A DNA stretch of 64,000 nucleotides, from positions 56,546,001 to 56,610,000 of the forward strand of contig CM052816.1 of assembly GCA_028534125.1 (NCBI GenBank). Direction: 5' to 3'. Position numbers and translations under genes: made by a program. This DNA comes from Lama glama (lineage: Eukaryota). The notes under the pieces were generated by a model. The model saw nothing but the letters and a program-made list of their open reading frames with translations. It ran no database searches and was not told where the DNA came from. Within the stretch, counting starts at the first letter, position 1, and each line of letters starts with the position of its first letter. Below, piece after piece: positions 1 to 13,630 of this stretch.

Positions 1-1924
1 TATCCACCCGGCAGCGCTGGGTCTGTTCTGAGCCTTCCTTTTCTCACTCACGTGAAGCCACCAGATTGGTTAACAGCATGTCTAGGCAAATCATTCTTAT
101 CCATTAACTGAGCATTTTCAGACACACCCTGTGTTGTCCTCAGACTGAGGAACTGGTTACTTTGTAGAGAGATGTATGGCCGCCAAACAACAGGGTCTGT
201 AAAAAAGAAGCCCCATTGTATATTTTATGCCCAGGTCCACAGTGAGCAGGAAGTTGGCACAGCACAGTTCTGTGCCATCAGCGTCTCCAGTAGTTCCTCT
301 GGGGAGGAGGCTGCTGAGGGGTGGCGTTTCTCCCTGTGGCATCCTCTGGAGAAGGCCCAGGCTCTCTCCAGCACACACTGGAGTGTGGACCTCGGGGCAG
401 GACATGGACTTCCCTGCTCCAGCCTCGACTCTGTGAGCCCTCACCCCACAGCTGCTGGTGGAAGCCAAGGCTATGTCATGGGTCCCTCGGGATGCTGCTG
501 AGGGAAAATCTTTGGAGATGAGCTGGTCTGTATTCTGAGATGTCAGCGTGAGCTCAGTTCAGGGCAAAGAGAGTCTCAGAACGACGGGGTCTCCCTCTCT
601 AGGTGTCTCCGTAGCAGACTCCCCTGGCGATGCTGCATCTATGTGGGACGGATGAGCTGCGGGGCATTTTCTAGACTGTTCTGCTGGTTGCTGGCCAACG
701 CTGTGGGATGGGTTTGAGGAGTTGTGCAAGGGCCTCTGTGGCCGTTCTTTGTCCACTTTGTGATAGTCCTATGCTCGGTTTACAGAAACCAGGCAGGGAC
801 AGGTGAGGGAGTCTGCTGTGTGAGGCTCTCCAGGCCAGGACTCTGGCTGCAGCTAGTGCTTCCTAGGAACGTGCGGCTCTGTGGGAATTCAGCTCTGGCA
901 ATGCCGTCAACAAGGAGGGGTCCCTGGCACCCCTACAACATCTTATCAACCCCATACTAAGTTCTACAGTGTCCCTTTACTAAGTGGGGAAATGGGTGGG
1001 AAACATACAGTGTGTGCGTTGCACGTGAACCAACTCCTAGATGTGGCATCCTAAGATATCCTGGCACCAACTGAGGCAGTGGAAAGTCACTTCCATGAGA
1101 ACAGGGTTCTATCTGAGAGCTATGTCCCTGGATACATTCTTGGATAAAAGGCAGCTCTAGTGAAACTGTGTGTCTTGCAACCCCCTTGGAAACGAGCACT
1201 CACTGACTCCTGGCGCCATCTGCCTACTTTTGTTTACTGCTCCCGACACCAGCACCTGACCTGGCTCCGCTTCTCTTTATCTTATGGATTCTTCTTACTC
1301 ATGACTTTTGTCTACTCTGGTATCCCTTTCGGATGATTCTGCCTCAGGACTCCTAACTTACTGATTTCTCTGTGCACCTTTACACGTTTACCTTCTACTG
1401 CCAGCTCCCAAATGTCCTTCTCTCTGTCTCTTGAGTCCAAATGTTCCCAGAAAATCTCATGGGACCATTTAGCCACCGTCTTTCTTCTTGGCCTGCCTAG
1501 CTTTGAAACTGTCAGCCAATTTAAGGTTTCCTGTTAGCTATTGCTAGGTAAGGTAATTGTTCCTGATTTAATTGCTGTTGATTAAAAATAGTGGGGCTCC
1601 TTTGGGGTGATTATTGCTGAAGTGGCCCATCAGAAGGATGCTATGGGTATGTCATGCTTTCTGAGCTTTGCTGTGACCAGTCTACTAATTCCTCCTTTCA
1701 ACAGGCTGGCTCGAAACCTTATTAACATGCTTCTAACACAGCACACACTTCACTGGAAATTAACGCAATCAAATTGCCCTTAGAAAGGATTGTTCCATGA
1801 CACAATGGCCAAGACATAGTCCCAGGCATGGTTTACTGGGACTTGAAGAAGCTAGTAGGGCAGAGAATGTGAAACGTGGGGAACTAGAGAAGGGCAGGTA
1901 GTTAAATCATGCTTGTAGCCCAGC

Positions 1925-2432
1925 TGTTCTGGTGATCTATTGCTACCTAGCCAATCATCCCCAAAGTCCATGCCATCAAGCAACAACTGTCTGATGATCC
2001 TCGCAGATTCTGTGGGGGAAGGGATTTGGATAGGAGACTGTGGGCATGGCTTGTGTCTGCCCTACAATATCCAAGGCCTCATCTGAGATTGATTAGAACA
2101 GCCAGGGACAGAAATCATCTGGAGACCTCATGGTAAGGGACTGGTGCCTGGGCTGGGATGACTGACAGGGTGGGCTCACCTGGGACTGTCAGCCAGAGCA
2201 CTTACACACAGCCCCTCTGCATGGCCCAGAACCCCAAGAGCAAGCCAGTAAGCGGGCAGAATCGCATGACCTTGCAGGACCTGACCTCGGGAGTCCTAGA
2301 ACATCGCTTCCACCTGCTCCCACGGTCAGCGCAGCACAAGCCCACCCAGACTCACGGGGAGGGGCCATAAGCCCCACTTCTCAGTGAGAGGAGTGCCAAG
2401 GAAGTGGTGGCCTTGTCTTCAAAAGGCCCCAC
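1925..2432 (-). mobile_element. MaLR (ERVL-MaLR) solo LTR, MLT1H/G-like
   Basis: Begins TGTTCTGGTGATCTATTGCTACCTAGCCAATCATCCCCAAA, resembling the reverse complement of the MLT1 3' end (tgtattagttatctattgctgcgtaacaaatcaccccaaa). Contains GAAATCATCTGGAG and CCCAGACTCACGGGGAGGGG blocks typical of MLT1. Confidence 0.75.
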
Positions 2433-4929
2433 CAGTGATCGGTTGTCTCTTTCCCTTAAGGATCACCTCCCTCTGGTGTTCTTGGGAAAGGGGGGTTCTC
2501 TCAGTTCAGCTCCCAAACAGCCCACGAAACAACCAGCTGCTCCTCCATGAAGGGTGACCTTTCCAGCTCCACAGAAGGTCACTGCTCCCCCTGCTGAAGG
2601 TCTTGTGGCCAATAATGGACTGTGGTTTCGATGTTGTAATTCTGTCTCCACAAGGATCTGCACGGAGAGGGCAGGCCACATGGGGTAGGCCCTGTTTCTC
2701 ACATCCCTTGATGCAAGCATGATTCACGATTGTGTGGATTCATCACGTTCTGTGAAATACTGAGAGAACTTAAAGGAATAACAGTATGTGGAGAAAGTCA
2801 TTTAAAACTGCATTATGGGCATGACTCTGCCCAGATTATGAATGAAAAGGCTCCAAAGAGTTAACAGGGAATCATTCGCATGTGTCATGCCTGCCTCCAT
2901 CTCTTTGAGAACCTCCTGTATCAAATCTGCATCGTCATCTGCATTCACTGTTCAAGAAATACCAACTCTACCCCTGAAGTTGTTTTTGGCCCCAAGATCA
3001 ACTTCTTTCTCTAATAGTTTATTTCCTTGCATTTGAGCTATTCAGCCCATAGTGCTACTCAAGGGGACGCCAGCAGGACAGTCTCTTTCCCCAGAGGGAA
3101 GCTTTGGTGTTCTGAGTGTCACAGACTCATTCAGGAATCTTTCATCCGGTCTATGTGGAGGCACCCCCGTCAACGTGAGTTAGATCTGTATCCTCTTATT
3201 TTTCTTATCGTCTTGCTGGTAATTGCTTGAACACACAAATAGGCCTTTCAAGAATAAATATTTGTTCTTTAAAGCATTGGAGGTTAAAAGCATAGGAAAA
3301 GGCAAGGTTGTCCTAATTGTCCCAGAATGTGCATGGCCTCTCTGAGTATAGGAATTGGATTTCCTTTCCTATCCTTTCCAAGCTGTGTTCTTTGAGCCTC
3401 CAGGAAAGTAGACATTGACCCGTTGCTGAGCAGGTACAGTTTGACACACAAGACCTGGCTGAGACTATGAAATTATGCCCCCAGAGTCTCAACGAAACTC
3501 TTAGGACAGGGCGGCGTCTCAGTCAGTCTCTGTCAGGGAGTGGGCAGTGGAGCGGGTTCGAGGTGGGGGCAGCTTCAGTCCCGGAGTCAGAAGGAGTGTG
3601 TTGTCCACCGTGCCCAGGGACTGGTGGTTCAGCTCTGCAGCATGAAGCCAGCTGGTGGCAACAGCTTTCTGCCCAGATTCATAGCCTGGCCTTCTTAAAG
3701 GCCAGTTCTGCTGTAGGCAAGGCGGCCATTCATGAGCAAATTCAATAGCCATGTTCTTCCAGAAATAGTGACTTTATGTATCACCAAACCAAAAGCCCAA
3801 GCCTACAGAGACCAGTGTTTAGCAGGAGAGCGCAGGCTCTCATTGCTGCCCTCAGGCACAGCGGACCCCAGCCTTCCATATGAAACCTCTTCTCTCCCGG
3901 TTCTTTTATCTCTGTCTGTCTGCTTGGGGACAGACTCTGGCCGAAGCAGCTTCGTGTCAGCCTTCTCCGTTACTGCCCCCTCCTCACTACCTCCCTTCAT
4001 GGTCTTGTCAGTTCAGTTTTGATTTCCCATTTGTTTCCCCCATTTGCCCTAAAACCTAACTTCTGTTTTTTCTGATTGCTTCAGCTCTGGTCCTCTGGTA
4101 CTTAAGCCAGTACTGTGGTTCCTTTCCAGTTCTCCAAACTTCTCTCCTTCCATCCGTGTCTTCAGAGTCACGTGTCCTCTGGCTTTTAGTGTGTTTTTAG
4201 CATATAATAAAGTGTTATCATTTATTAGATTTTGACGTTTCTAGTTTGCTAGTGAGCCAGCATGAACGTTAATGATCAAAAGTAACTGTATAATTGAGAT
4301 TCTCATTATGGCCCTAGTATGATGTCCTGAGTTAGGTTGTAAGACCTATACTGACTTTGTAATGAATCTTTGTCATCAGTTGAATATGTTACAATATGTT
4401 CAAGGTAAACCTTCTGAGATTAATTAACTCCTTAACTTATTTTCATTTCATGCTTAAAATACACATAATGTCAATCTTAGAGAACCACATTTTTAGAGTT
4501 AGAGCTTTTGTTTGAAGTGAAATAGCTTTCATCTTCAGTAAGTGGGAGAGACTTCCATGTGAATTTAAAATGCGACACTCATATTTATAATATTTTTTGA
4601 TATGGTTAACATTTTTTAATAGTTTAAGCATAGTGAAAAAGTAAGCTTGAATATTCTTCAGAACTCTCTTTTGAAATCTGAAGCACACTGCACTTCTCCT
4701 TCTGGAAGAGTCTATTCCCCTCCGGAGACTGCTCCTTCTGTCCCTCTTTGGCTGGCCAACTCCTGGCAATAGTTGACATTCTCAGGTAGACTTTTCTGAT
4801 TTACCCCACCTCCTCTCCTTCTTAGAAGTTCTCATAACACCTTGTGCTTTGTGACGTTATTATGGTTGGGATGTAACGTGAGGACAAGGACAGTGCCCAC
4901 TGCTGCTGCTCAGCTCTGCATCCCCAGTG

Positions 4930-5153
4930 CCTACGCCAGCAACCACTGTGCAATAATGCGGCAATGAGCTGATGCTCTAAGGATGGTGGAGCAGATGGTA
5001 AAAAGAGCCTGGGACTTGTTAACATGGTGACTGTCTCCGGACATTGCCAATCTTAGGATTTCTCATTATGTGAGTGAAGTAAATCCCTGCTGGTTTAACC
5101 TGGGGTTAGTTGGGCTTGCTATTAATTGCAGCCTAAAGCATTCCTCACTGATA
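4930..5153 (+). mobile_element. MaLR LTR 3' fragment (MLT1J/K/L-like)
   Basis: GGATGGTGGAGCAGATGG...GAGCCTGGG and terminal TTGCAGCCTAAAGCATTCCTCACTGATA resemble old MLT1 3' ends. Confidence 0.55.
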
Positions 5154-7217
5154 GATTAAGAAGAAAAATAGCCTCGTTGGCGCTAACGATCCCCTCAATC
5201 TACATCTAAGTTTAATTTAAATATTTTTAAATTGAAGTATAGTTGATTTATGATGTTGTATTCATTTCTTAAAACTAACCTAAATATAAATGCTTTAAGA
5301 AGGGGCCCCAACTTATTGGGAAACAGAGTTTCCTGTTTGCACGTCTTGTCTTTCTGATGAGACCATAAATCACAATTTATAAAGATGCTATTTGAGATAT
5401 TTATAAATCTAAGGGTGACTTGGCCCTTTCATCTTTCTTCATGGCTATGTTTCTCAGATTCTATCACATAAAAAGCTTTCAGGAATGTGACTCATTTTCC
5501 AGAAAAGTAGAAATATCCCTTTCCCAACTTCTAGTTGGTCTCAAACCTAGACACTCTCCCCAGTTTAATGGCCAAATTATTTTGGAATTAATACTAGATC
5601 AGCAAACAATGTTGAACATTCAGGCGCCTAGGCTGTGATTATGTGTCTATAACATTGTAACACAGGGATGGGCAGAACAACAAGTCTTCTGGCCCATCAT
5701 TCAACTGTAAATGAAACCGTTTACACTACGGTTATTAAATGCTCAATGAAAATGCAGAAATACTTCCAAATTCACTTTCTGCAAAGCCTCCAAAATGCTT
5801 AGCTCTTTTCATCTCTAGGAATTAGGGGAGCCTAAAGCTTAGACTGAAACCATGATGTGAGAGCCCTTCCACCTCAGCCTCTCCTTTCTCCTTGCCTTTT
5901 CCCTCCAAGCCCAATGTTAATAGGTTGCACATGCTGTTAACTGAACCTCCGTTCCTCCCCAAAGTCAACACTGCCAAGAGGCCCTGACTTTCAGCATGTC
6001 TCACCAGTTCCTGGCTTCGGTTTCATGCAATCTGAAGCACTCACATGAAACCAGGCAGATCTGCAGTGCGGCACTGTGGAAAATGTGAAACACCAGGCAT
6101 ATGATGTGTTTTTCAAATCTGGACTCTGGAACTGAAACTTGGCTTGTTTGCCGTCTGGCTGATAAGGATGGATGAGAGATGAAGACTTTGCTGTCTCTCC
6201 AGCAGAATCTGAGCATTGATCTTGAAAGGGGACATTTCAGATGAAAGAGGCGATGAAGCTGGACAGCCTTTTTGTTTTCTACCCTGCTGGTCATCACTGC
6301 TAACGTTGGAGCCGTCCGGACGTTTTGATGGGCCAGGAGCTGGAGATGGGGAAGCGGCAGGCGCAGAGCGACCAGATCTCAGGCTCCAAACAGGTCAAGG
6401 CCTCGGGAGAGTCCTGCCTGCATCCCATCTGTGGCAAGGAAACGTGCCTGCCTGTGGTGGCCGCGTCCAGCCAGAGGGGAGGGAGAGCTCCAGCTGAAAA
6501 CTGGCCTCAACCCTCTAGAGCAAGCCTGCTGTTCTTGGGCACTCACAGCGGGCTTTTTGGTCCAAAAAAAAAAAAAAAACTCACTTTTGACCTTTCACGA
6601 TACGTAGGAGCGTGCAGGGTATTGTCATGGTCTGTGGTGTGTCTGCTTTGTCTCTGCAGAGGCAGGATGGCATGGCTGTCATGTCTGCTCAGGGTTTCAC
6701 AGCCTCTTGTTGGTTACTCTTTACAGACTCCTTGAGGGAACTGGGGTCGGCGCGTGTGAACGGGCACCCTTGTGTTTGCGTAGCTCACCTGAGTGCACCA
6801 GGGCCTTTCTAATTCTGACGTTCTTCCCTCTATATAGTGTCGGGGAGGCTGTTTTTACCTAATATGTCTTGGTGGCCCGCTCATACTGAATACTCTTACG
6901 GAATTCACTCATTTTGACCTTGACCCTTAAAAAGAAATACGATTTATATCGCTACCTAGTACCTCTTCTAAATCTGTTCACATGCAGTGCACTCTGAGAA
7001 TTTCTGCTCTATTCTGTTCCATCTTTTTTTAAATGCTGGTCATGACCAATTTATCTTGTGACTCATGAAGGAGTTGCAACTTGCAGTCTGAAAGGCATTG
7101 AGATAGCATAACTAAGTTCAAAGGACAAGTAGTACTTTGGAATTAGAAAATGCTTCTACCCTACTGAAAGTAATGGTGTAAAGCTAAACTCGGGGTTAAA
7201 AATCACCCATGCTGTCT

Positions 7218-7712
7218 GCAGTAGATAGGCCCCTCAGATGACCCCCAGTGACGCCTGCCTCCTGGCTTTCCCATCCTCACCTTGTCCCTTCTTCTTGAAT
7301 CTAGACTGGGGCCACCAACTTGCAACTAATTGTTGCAGTGATACAGTAAAAGTGATGGAATGCCATTTTGTGATTGGTTTACACGGGACTGTGATGCCCT
7401 TCTTGCTCACACTTCCTCTCTGGCCCGCACTTTCTTTCTGGCTCTTTTCACATGCTTTCTCTACTAAATTTAGCTCGAGAGGCCCCTGTGGCAAGGAACT
7501 GAGTTGGCTTCTGACCAATTGCAGATCATTCCCCAGCTGAGCCTTTAGGTAAGACCACAGGCCCAACCAACACGTCGATCACAACCTTACTTGAGACCCA
7601 GCTAAACCATGCCTGGGTTCCTGGCTTACGGGAACTGTGAGATAACGAGTAGCTGTTTTAAACAAGTAAGGTTTGGGGAAAATTACTTAGGCAGCGCTAT
7701 AGATAACTAATC
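7218..7712 (+). mobile_element. MaLR solo LTR, MLT1E/F-like
   Basis: Contains GATGACCCCCAGTGACGCCTGCCTCCTGG, GAGAGGCCCCTGTGGCAAGGAACTGAG, CCCAGCTAAACCATGCCTGG and GAACTGTGAGATAA, and ends ATAGATAACTAAT; all are hallmark MLT1E/F blocks. Confidence 0.85.
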
Positions 7713-8199
7713 CTAAAAGAGGACACTTCAGATGAAAGAGGTGAAGCTGGACAGTCTTCTGTCCATCTTTTGACTATGTCTTCGTGAAACACAAGATTGG
7801 AGTTTGCCCTCTTGGTTTTGAGACAGGGTCCCCTTGTCTTCATGCAAACAGTGAAAGAGACACTGGGGTCTCTGTCTTTGCTTTGAAAGGTAGCACTAGC
7901 GTAGTCATTGACAAGGAGACTTTTGAAACTTGCTTCTGAAAGCCAGTGACTCAAGACTCCTTCAGCACAAAGAAGATGGAACACGTTAGTTATTGTAATT
8001 TTAGTGTTAAGCACTATGTCCTTACAGGAGCATACTCCAACTGGGAATATTTGGAGAAAGACGATGCTAAATTGCTTGATTTGACAAAAGAGGGTTTTCT
8101 GAACCATGCAGAATTAGACATTTATGAATACCACAGTTGCCCAGTGTTGCATCATGTAGGTACTTACAAATGGTAAAAAAAAAAAAAAAAAAAAAAGCC

Positions 8200-9293
8200 A
8201 GAGTTCAGTCCTTGGACATCTCTTTTCCACCTCTGTTCACTACCTGAGTGATCTCAGCCAGTCTCATAGGTCTAACTGTCATCCAAATGCTGATTAAAAG
8301 TCTAAAAAATGTGTCTGTCTCAAGCTTGAACTTTTCCCTTGAATTCCAGATCTGTCTCTCCAACTGCCTACTCAACATCTCCACTTGGATGTCTCATAGG
8401 CATCTTGCACTCGACACATCCATCTTCAAATCCTCACCCACTTCCCACTTTCTTTCCTCACTTTAAAAAAAATGACAGTTCCACCCTTTGGTTCTCACGC
8501 CAAAACGTTCTTAGCGTTATTCCTGTCTCCTGTCTTTCTCTCACAACCTCTAACTAGTCCTTTAGCAAATCCCACTAGTTCTTCCTTTACAGTCACCCAG
8601 GATCTGGCTAATTCTCAGACCTCTGGTCCGAGTCTTTAATAGCCCTCCTAACTGGTGTCCCTGCTTCTGTCTTGGCCCTCATCTGGCCCATTCTTAACAC
8701 AGCATCCAAGGGGATCTTATTAAAGCAAAAGCCGGGTCCTATCTTCTCTGCTCACAACACAGCAATGGCTCTATCTTACTTCAAGTAAAAGCCCGATTTC
8801 TTAGTCTAAGTGGTCCTTCCAAGTGGCGCCCAGTTTAAGCTGCCCCTTCCTCTCCCTCTCGGGCCTGAACGGCTCTCGCTCTGCCCTCTCCCGAGCTCTG
8901 GTCCAGCTGGTCTTCTTTGCAGGTTTCCACGTCTGCTGTCAGTGCTTTTTCTTCAGATTTCCATAGGGATCATTCATTCAGTTCTTTTCAGTCTTTACTC
9001 GGATACTAGTAGGGCTTCCTTGACCACCTTTTTTTTTTTTATTTATATAAACTGCAGGCATCTGTCCTGTGCCCCCAGAAAACGCTACCCCTCTTCCTCA
9101 TTGTATTTTTCTCCATATCACTTCCACCTGCTGTGACACACACTCTACACTGAAACACCACACACTTTCATTACTGTCTGTTTCCCAACATGGCAACATG
9201 AGCTCCACGCCAACTCGCATCATCTGCATCCTCAGCGCCCAGCTCAGTGCTTGATTCACCCTAGACATCACTATTCACTGAATGATGGATGAA
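8200..9293 (+). mobile_element. LINE-2 (L2a-like) 3' portion
   Basis: TCCAACTGCCTACTCAACATCTCCACTTGGATGTCTCATAGGCATCT core, AATAGCCCTCCTAACTGGTGTCCCTGCTTC and a terminal TGAATGATGGATGAA tail. Confidence 0.9.
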
Positions 9294-10549
9294 GCCCTTT
9301 TCTCCCCAGCCATCCTTGGCTTTTCCATTCACATTACAGGTATTCACCTGGGACTCCCTGAGCACCAAAAGCAACAGAATCCAGCAGACAGACTGGTTGT
9401 GCAGAGAATAATTACACATTGTCTTTCATTGCAAATCACAATTGTGTGAAGTCTGATTTCCTGTAAGCATGGCCTTATTTCTTTCAGCTTCTGCCTTGTA
9501 CACTGGTGACAATTTAAGCAACTACAAGGGGAGAAAAAAAAAAAACACCTGGGTCACAATGGTCTGAAAGAATTAGAAGAATATTGAATTCAGTGGAGAT
9601 CTGGTCCATGATTAATGAGAGCAATATTTCTGCGTGCAGGAGGCGTGAATACACATGTTAGAAGCAAGTTGGTCAAAATAAGGAATAAGCAACCATTGAG
9701 ACTTAAGTTTTAGAATCGTTTTCAGATCTGTGTCATCCTTAAGCTTTGAAAAATATCTCATGACACCTCATCGTTAGCACATAGTGACCATCTTAAAGTA
9801 TGTGTGTGCCTTTTTCCCCGAGACAGGACTGTTTATAAACAATACTAGAATGGATTTCTATCAAAAGACCTGCCCAGATAATGGAAAGGAATGCCACAGA
9901 GGGAAGCCAGAAGCCACGGACACTGCAGCTTGCATTCTTTTCTGAAGGCATCAGCTTTAGGGCAGGAACAAAGGCCTGCTTGGCTGAATTAGAGATGGGG
10001 TGGCAATCAGAACTTCGAATTTCTTGGTATTTGCTACTTTGAGGCTTGACCTCCTGAGTACTTAGACGTAATTACGTGGTCTCTTAAAAGGGCCTCAAAC
10101 AAAGCAAATCATTTGAGGAATGTCCTAAAAGACATATCATTTAGAGAAACTATGCTTTAGTCCCTCCAGACCTGAATATACCTTTAAAGAGACTTTTTCG
10201 TGACTCGCTGGAATTTTCCACAACACAAAAGACAGTAATCCTAGGAACTCAAATTTCTCCTGACTCATGGTATGCAAGCTACCCAAAATGTTTCTTACCA
10301 AAAATTCTCTTAAATGCATGATTTCAAAGCAAAAATCAGCTTTGAAAACATGCAGCCAGACCTCACTTAGCACATGGGGACCAGTGTGCGGGGAGTAGTG
10401 AGCATATTTTAGGAAAGACGTTTTAATAAAAAGAAAAGTGAAATACCATACAATTACATACGTAATCACTTGGAAAGGGGTTAATTTGGGTGTTTAGAAA
10501 TGTATCGGTTTTCTTTTCCAACCTGTACCTCATTCTGAATATTAATATC

Positions 10550-10730
10550 GAATATTTATCGAGCACTTTCTGTGTCTGGGCGAAGTGCTTGACCTGGATT
10601 ACTCACTGATTCGGAGGGCAGCTCCACAAGGCAGAGGCATTATCATTCCTACTTTACACAGAGTGGGGCGTAGGAGGCTGAGTTAGCTTGCTCTGCCGTC
10701 TGTGGGGCCCAACCCTGCTGGGTCTACATG
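10550..10730 (-). mobile_element. MIR SINE
   Basis: ATATTTATCGAGCACTTTCTGTGTCTGGGC...ATTATCATTCCTACTTTACACAGAG matches the antisense MIR core. Confidence 0.65.
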
Positions 10731-11461
10731 GTTGGAGTCCCTGATGCTCAGATCCCAGTAACATTCGGCCCCAACAGGCCCGCCCCGTCACCCGAGATAA
10801 CTGCATTCAGCTACTAATGGCACTTCCGCAGCCCTCTCCCTCCCAGGAGGGTCTGGATGGAGCCAGTTCCAAAAGGTTCCACTGTCTGGAAGTTTGTGGC
10901 CCATCTCCACGTGCATCCGTTTGCCCGTGCCTTTAACCTAATGATCCCAAACGCACAGAACCAAGTTGCTCCTCCTTAAATGGCTAGCTTTAAAAAGTGG
11001 GGGTGACGCCAACACTTGTCAGAGGCCTATATGGTTTGGAAATAGTGTTTCTGAATATGAGATTAGAGCCTTAAGGATTTATTCTAATACTTTTCATCCC
11101 CAAAGCACAGTCTTGTGGTTTCATATCCCTTTCCACTTCCCCAGAGGTCATTCCTTTTCCACTCTGTTTGTGGTCCCAGTGGGTTATTGGCAGACTCTGG
11201 GGCTTAGAATAATAATGGAAGGCCAGGTGGGGGACGACTGGCTGGTTTCCTGGCACAATGTCCCACGGCATGGGCTCTGGCGCAATTTATGAGCCATATT
11301 CGACCCCGTGGGAGGGACCAGTGACTGCAAGCCTGTTGTGCGTGTGAATGTTTTGGCGGGAGGGGATCATGCTGTGGACCATAGTTGTCAAACCTACAGT
11401 TCTTTTTAAGGGCCAAAGAATTCATCAAGTGTAGGCGTGCACACACATCTTACTGGGAGCA

Positions 11462-11850
11462 GTAAATCGGTTAAATACTGAGCGCCTGCCATGTGCCAGA
11501 CACTGTGTCAGGTGACAGAGATGGAATCATAAGCAGAAACAGACACAGGTCCTGGCTCCTGGGGTTTCCAGCCTACTGAGGGAGACAAACGGTCAAGGAA
11601 AATGGTCATGGCGAGCCGTGTGAAGGAGAGGAGCCCAGGGTGTTGGGAGCATAAATAGGGAAATCCAGCCTAGTCAGGGAGGTCTGGGCAGGTTTCTTGA
11701 GAACGTAAGGCTTGAGCTGAGATCTGAAGGAAGAGAAGACGGGAACTAGACCAGGGGAAAGAGAATCTTTCCAGGCCAGACTCCAAAGCCGACAGGGCCA
11801 TGTGGCTGGACGGAGTGTGGCGTGAACCTCTCTGAACCACAGGATGTAGG
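11462..11850 (-). mobile_element. LINE-2 fragment
   Basis: TACTGAGCGCCTGCCATGTGCCAGACACTGTG...TTGAGCTGAGATCTGAAGGA matches the antisense L2 3' end. Confidence 0.75.
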
Positions 11851-13459
11851 AGTCGAGAAGAGAGTGGCTTTCTACCTCTGGTCCCACCCTCGTGTCCCAC
11901 ACCCTCTCCAGAGCTGTCATTTACACGGCTTCTCTCCCCTCTGAAGCTGTGGTCACTCTGACCGGTAGTTAAGAGCCGCCAATAAGAGGCCCAAGGGTCT
12001 CTTCCGACCAGCTCTAAGAAATGCCTCTTCTCTAAAGTCGCGATCTGGATGGAGAACCTACCGGGGCAGAAGCAGCCGCCAGGCCCCAGGTGTCCCTTAC
12101 TGGCTCATTCTGGCCTTCAGCCCCATTACTGTTGGGACAGAGACCACTGGTGCCCTCCGGGAGAACTGGCAGACTCTGGGGAGGGGCCAGCCTCTCTCCC
12201 TGTGACGCAGAGGCCTGCCAGGAGGCACTTACACAATTCTCTGCGGGTGGCTCCCTCTCAGATGGACTGCCTTGACAGGCGGGTGGCAAAAGCATTTCTT
12301 GCTTCAAGAAATTTTCAATCCAGAGAAAGTAGAAGGATTGACCCCCAGAAGCAAGATGTAAGCAGGTGAGAAACTGCAGTTCCTCCTCCCAACCTGCCCC
12401 AGGTGCATTACTTAAGCTTCTCTCCTGGTGCCGTGGATACAGAGGACCCTCCTCCCCTCATTCACAAGGCTGCAAAGTCACAAGAATTAAAGGCCTGGCT
12501 GACAAATGCAGTGGGATTAGGCGCTTCCTCGGAAATCCTTCCTTGAGCGCTTGACAGCCAATCTGGTTTTATTTTCCAATCATGGGGCTTAAATGCAATT
12601 CAGCAGTAAAGGCTGCAATCCACCGAATTCCACCAATGACTCCTGTCACATGAGACATTAATTGCCTATGCTCACATCAGCAGGAGAAAGGGCATCTCTG
12701 AGGCAAGACTCAGAGCCTACATTGCATGAGAGCCCACCCCGCGCCCATCTTCACCTTTATCCTCTCTCAGCCCGGATGAGCATGCTTTGAAAGGAGCCAG
12801 CCGTTTAGACACCCAAGCGTGGGAGCGTAAGCCCAGCTGGGTGGGCAGCCCCTAGAAAGGGCATCGCAAATGACAAACACATGCCATACTCCTCCACTTC
12901 CTGAAGAGAAAAAACAGACAGCTTGCAAGTGATGTCATGATAGGACCATATGCGAAAACATCATCATCAAAGGAGAAATAATGTTCTTCTCTTTCTTCTC
13001 TAGACAAGACAGGCACCATCACTGTATCCTCATCACTTGTGACCTGCCCTTCGTTTAGGAGTGGTGCTGGGACAGGAGGGCACGTCCCTAGCACTGCACC
13101 CTCCTGCCTCTGAACAGATTTTTGGCTTCAGGTTCAAACTCTCTAACATCCTACCTTCCTCCTTTTTCACAGAAACCCTTGGGCCTCTCTTTTCTTGTAT
13201 CCCAAGCTCCACACTCCCCTTTCCACCTCAATCCTGCCCTTGAAGGTGGTCTTTGCAGATGTCCTGATTCCAGAGGGTCCACGACTGGACTGAGGCATCC
13301 TCCCTGGGCAGCCTCAGGGTCTACGTCAGCTGGGCTGGGTCCCTTCATTTCTCGAAGCTCCTCCATCAGTGAGGGCAACTGGGCTGGGGCTGCCCTCGGG
13401 GTGGAGAGGCAATATTTCTGGGATGTTACTTTCTTGCTTGAGTTGAGATGCTACTTCCT

Positions 13460-13630
13460 TGGTTTGCATCCCAGGCTGCACTCTGGAGTTAGCTGGGGCG
13501 CTTTCAAAGGCTACCATTGCCGGAGCCCCAGCCGGCCCTTTTAAATCTGAATGTCTGGAGCTACAGCTGGGAAAGATGGTTTTAAATGCTCTCCAGGTGA
13601 TTCTAAAGCACAGCCAGTGTTGAGAACCAA
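13460..13630. mobile_element. hAT-Charlie MITE, MER5B-like
   Basis: TTTTAAATGCTCTCCAGGTGATTCTAAAGCACAGCCAGTGTTGAGAACCA is a MER5-type terminus. Confidence 0.7.
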
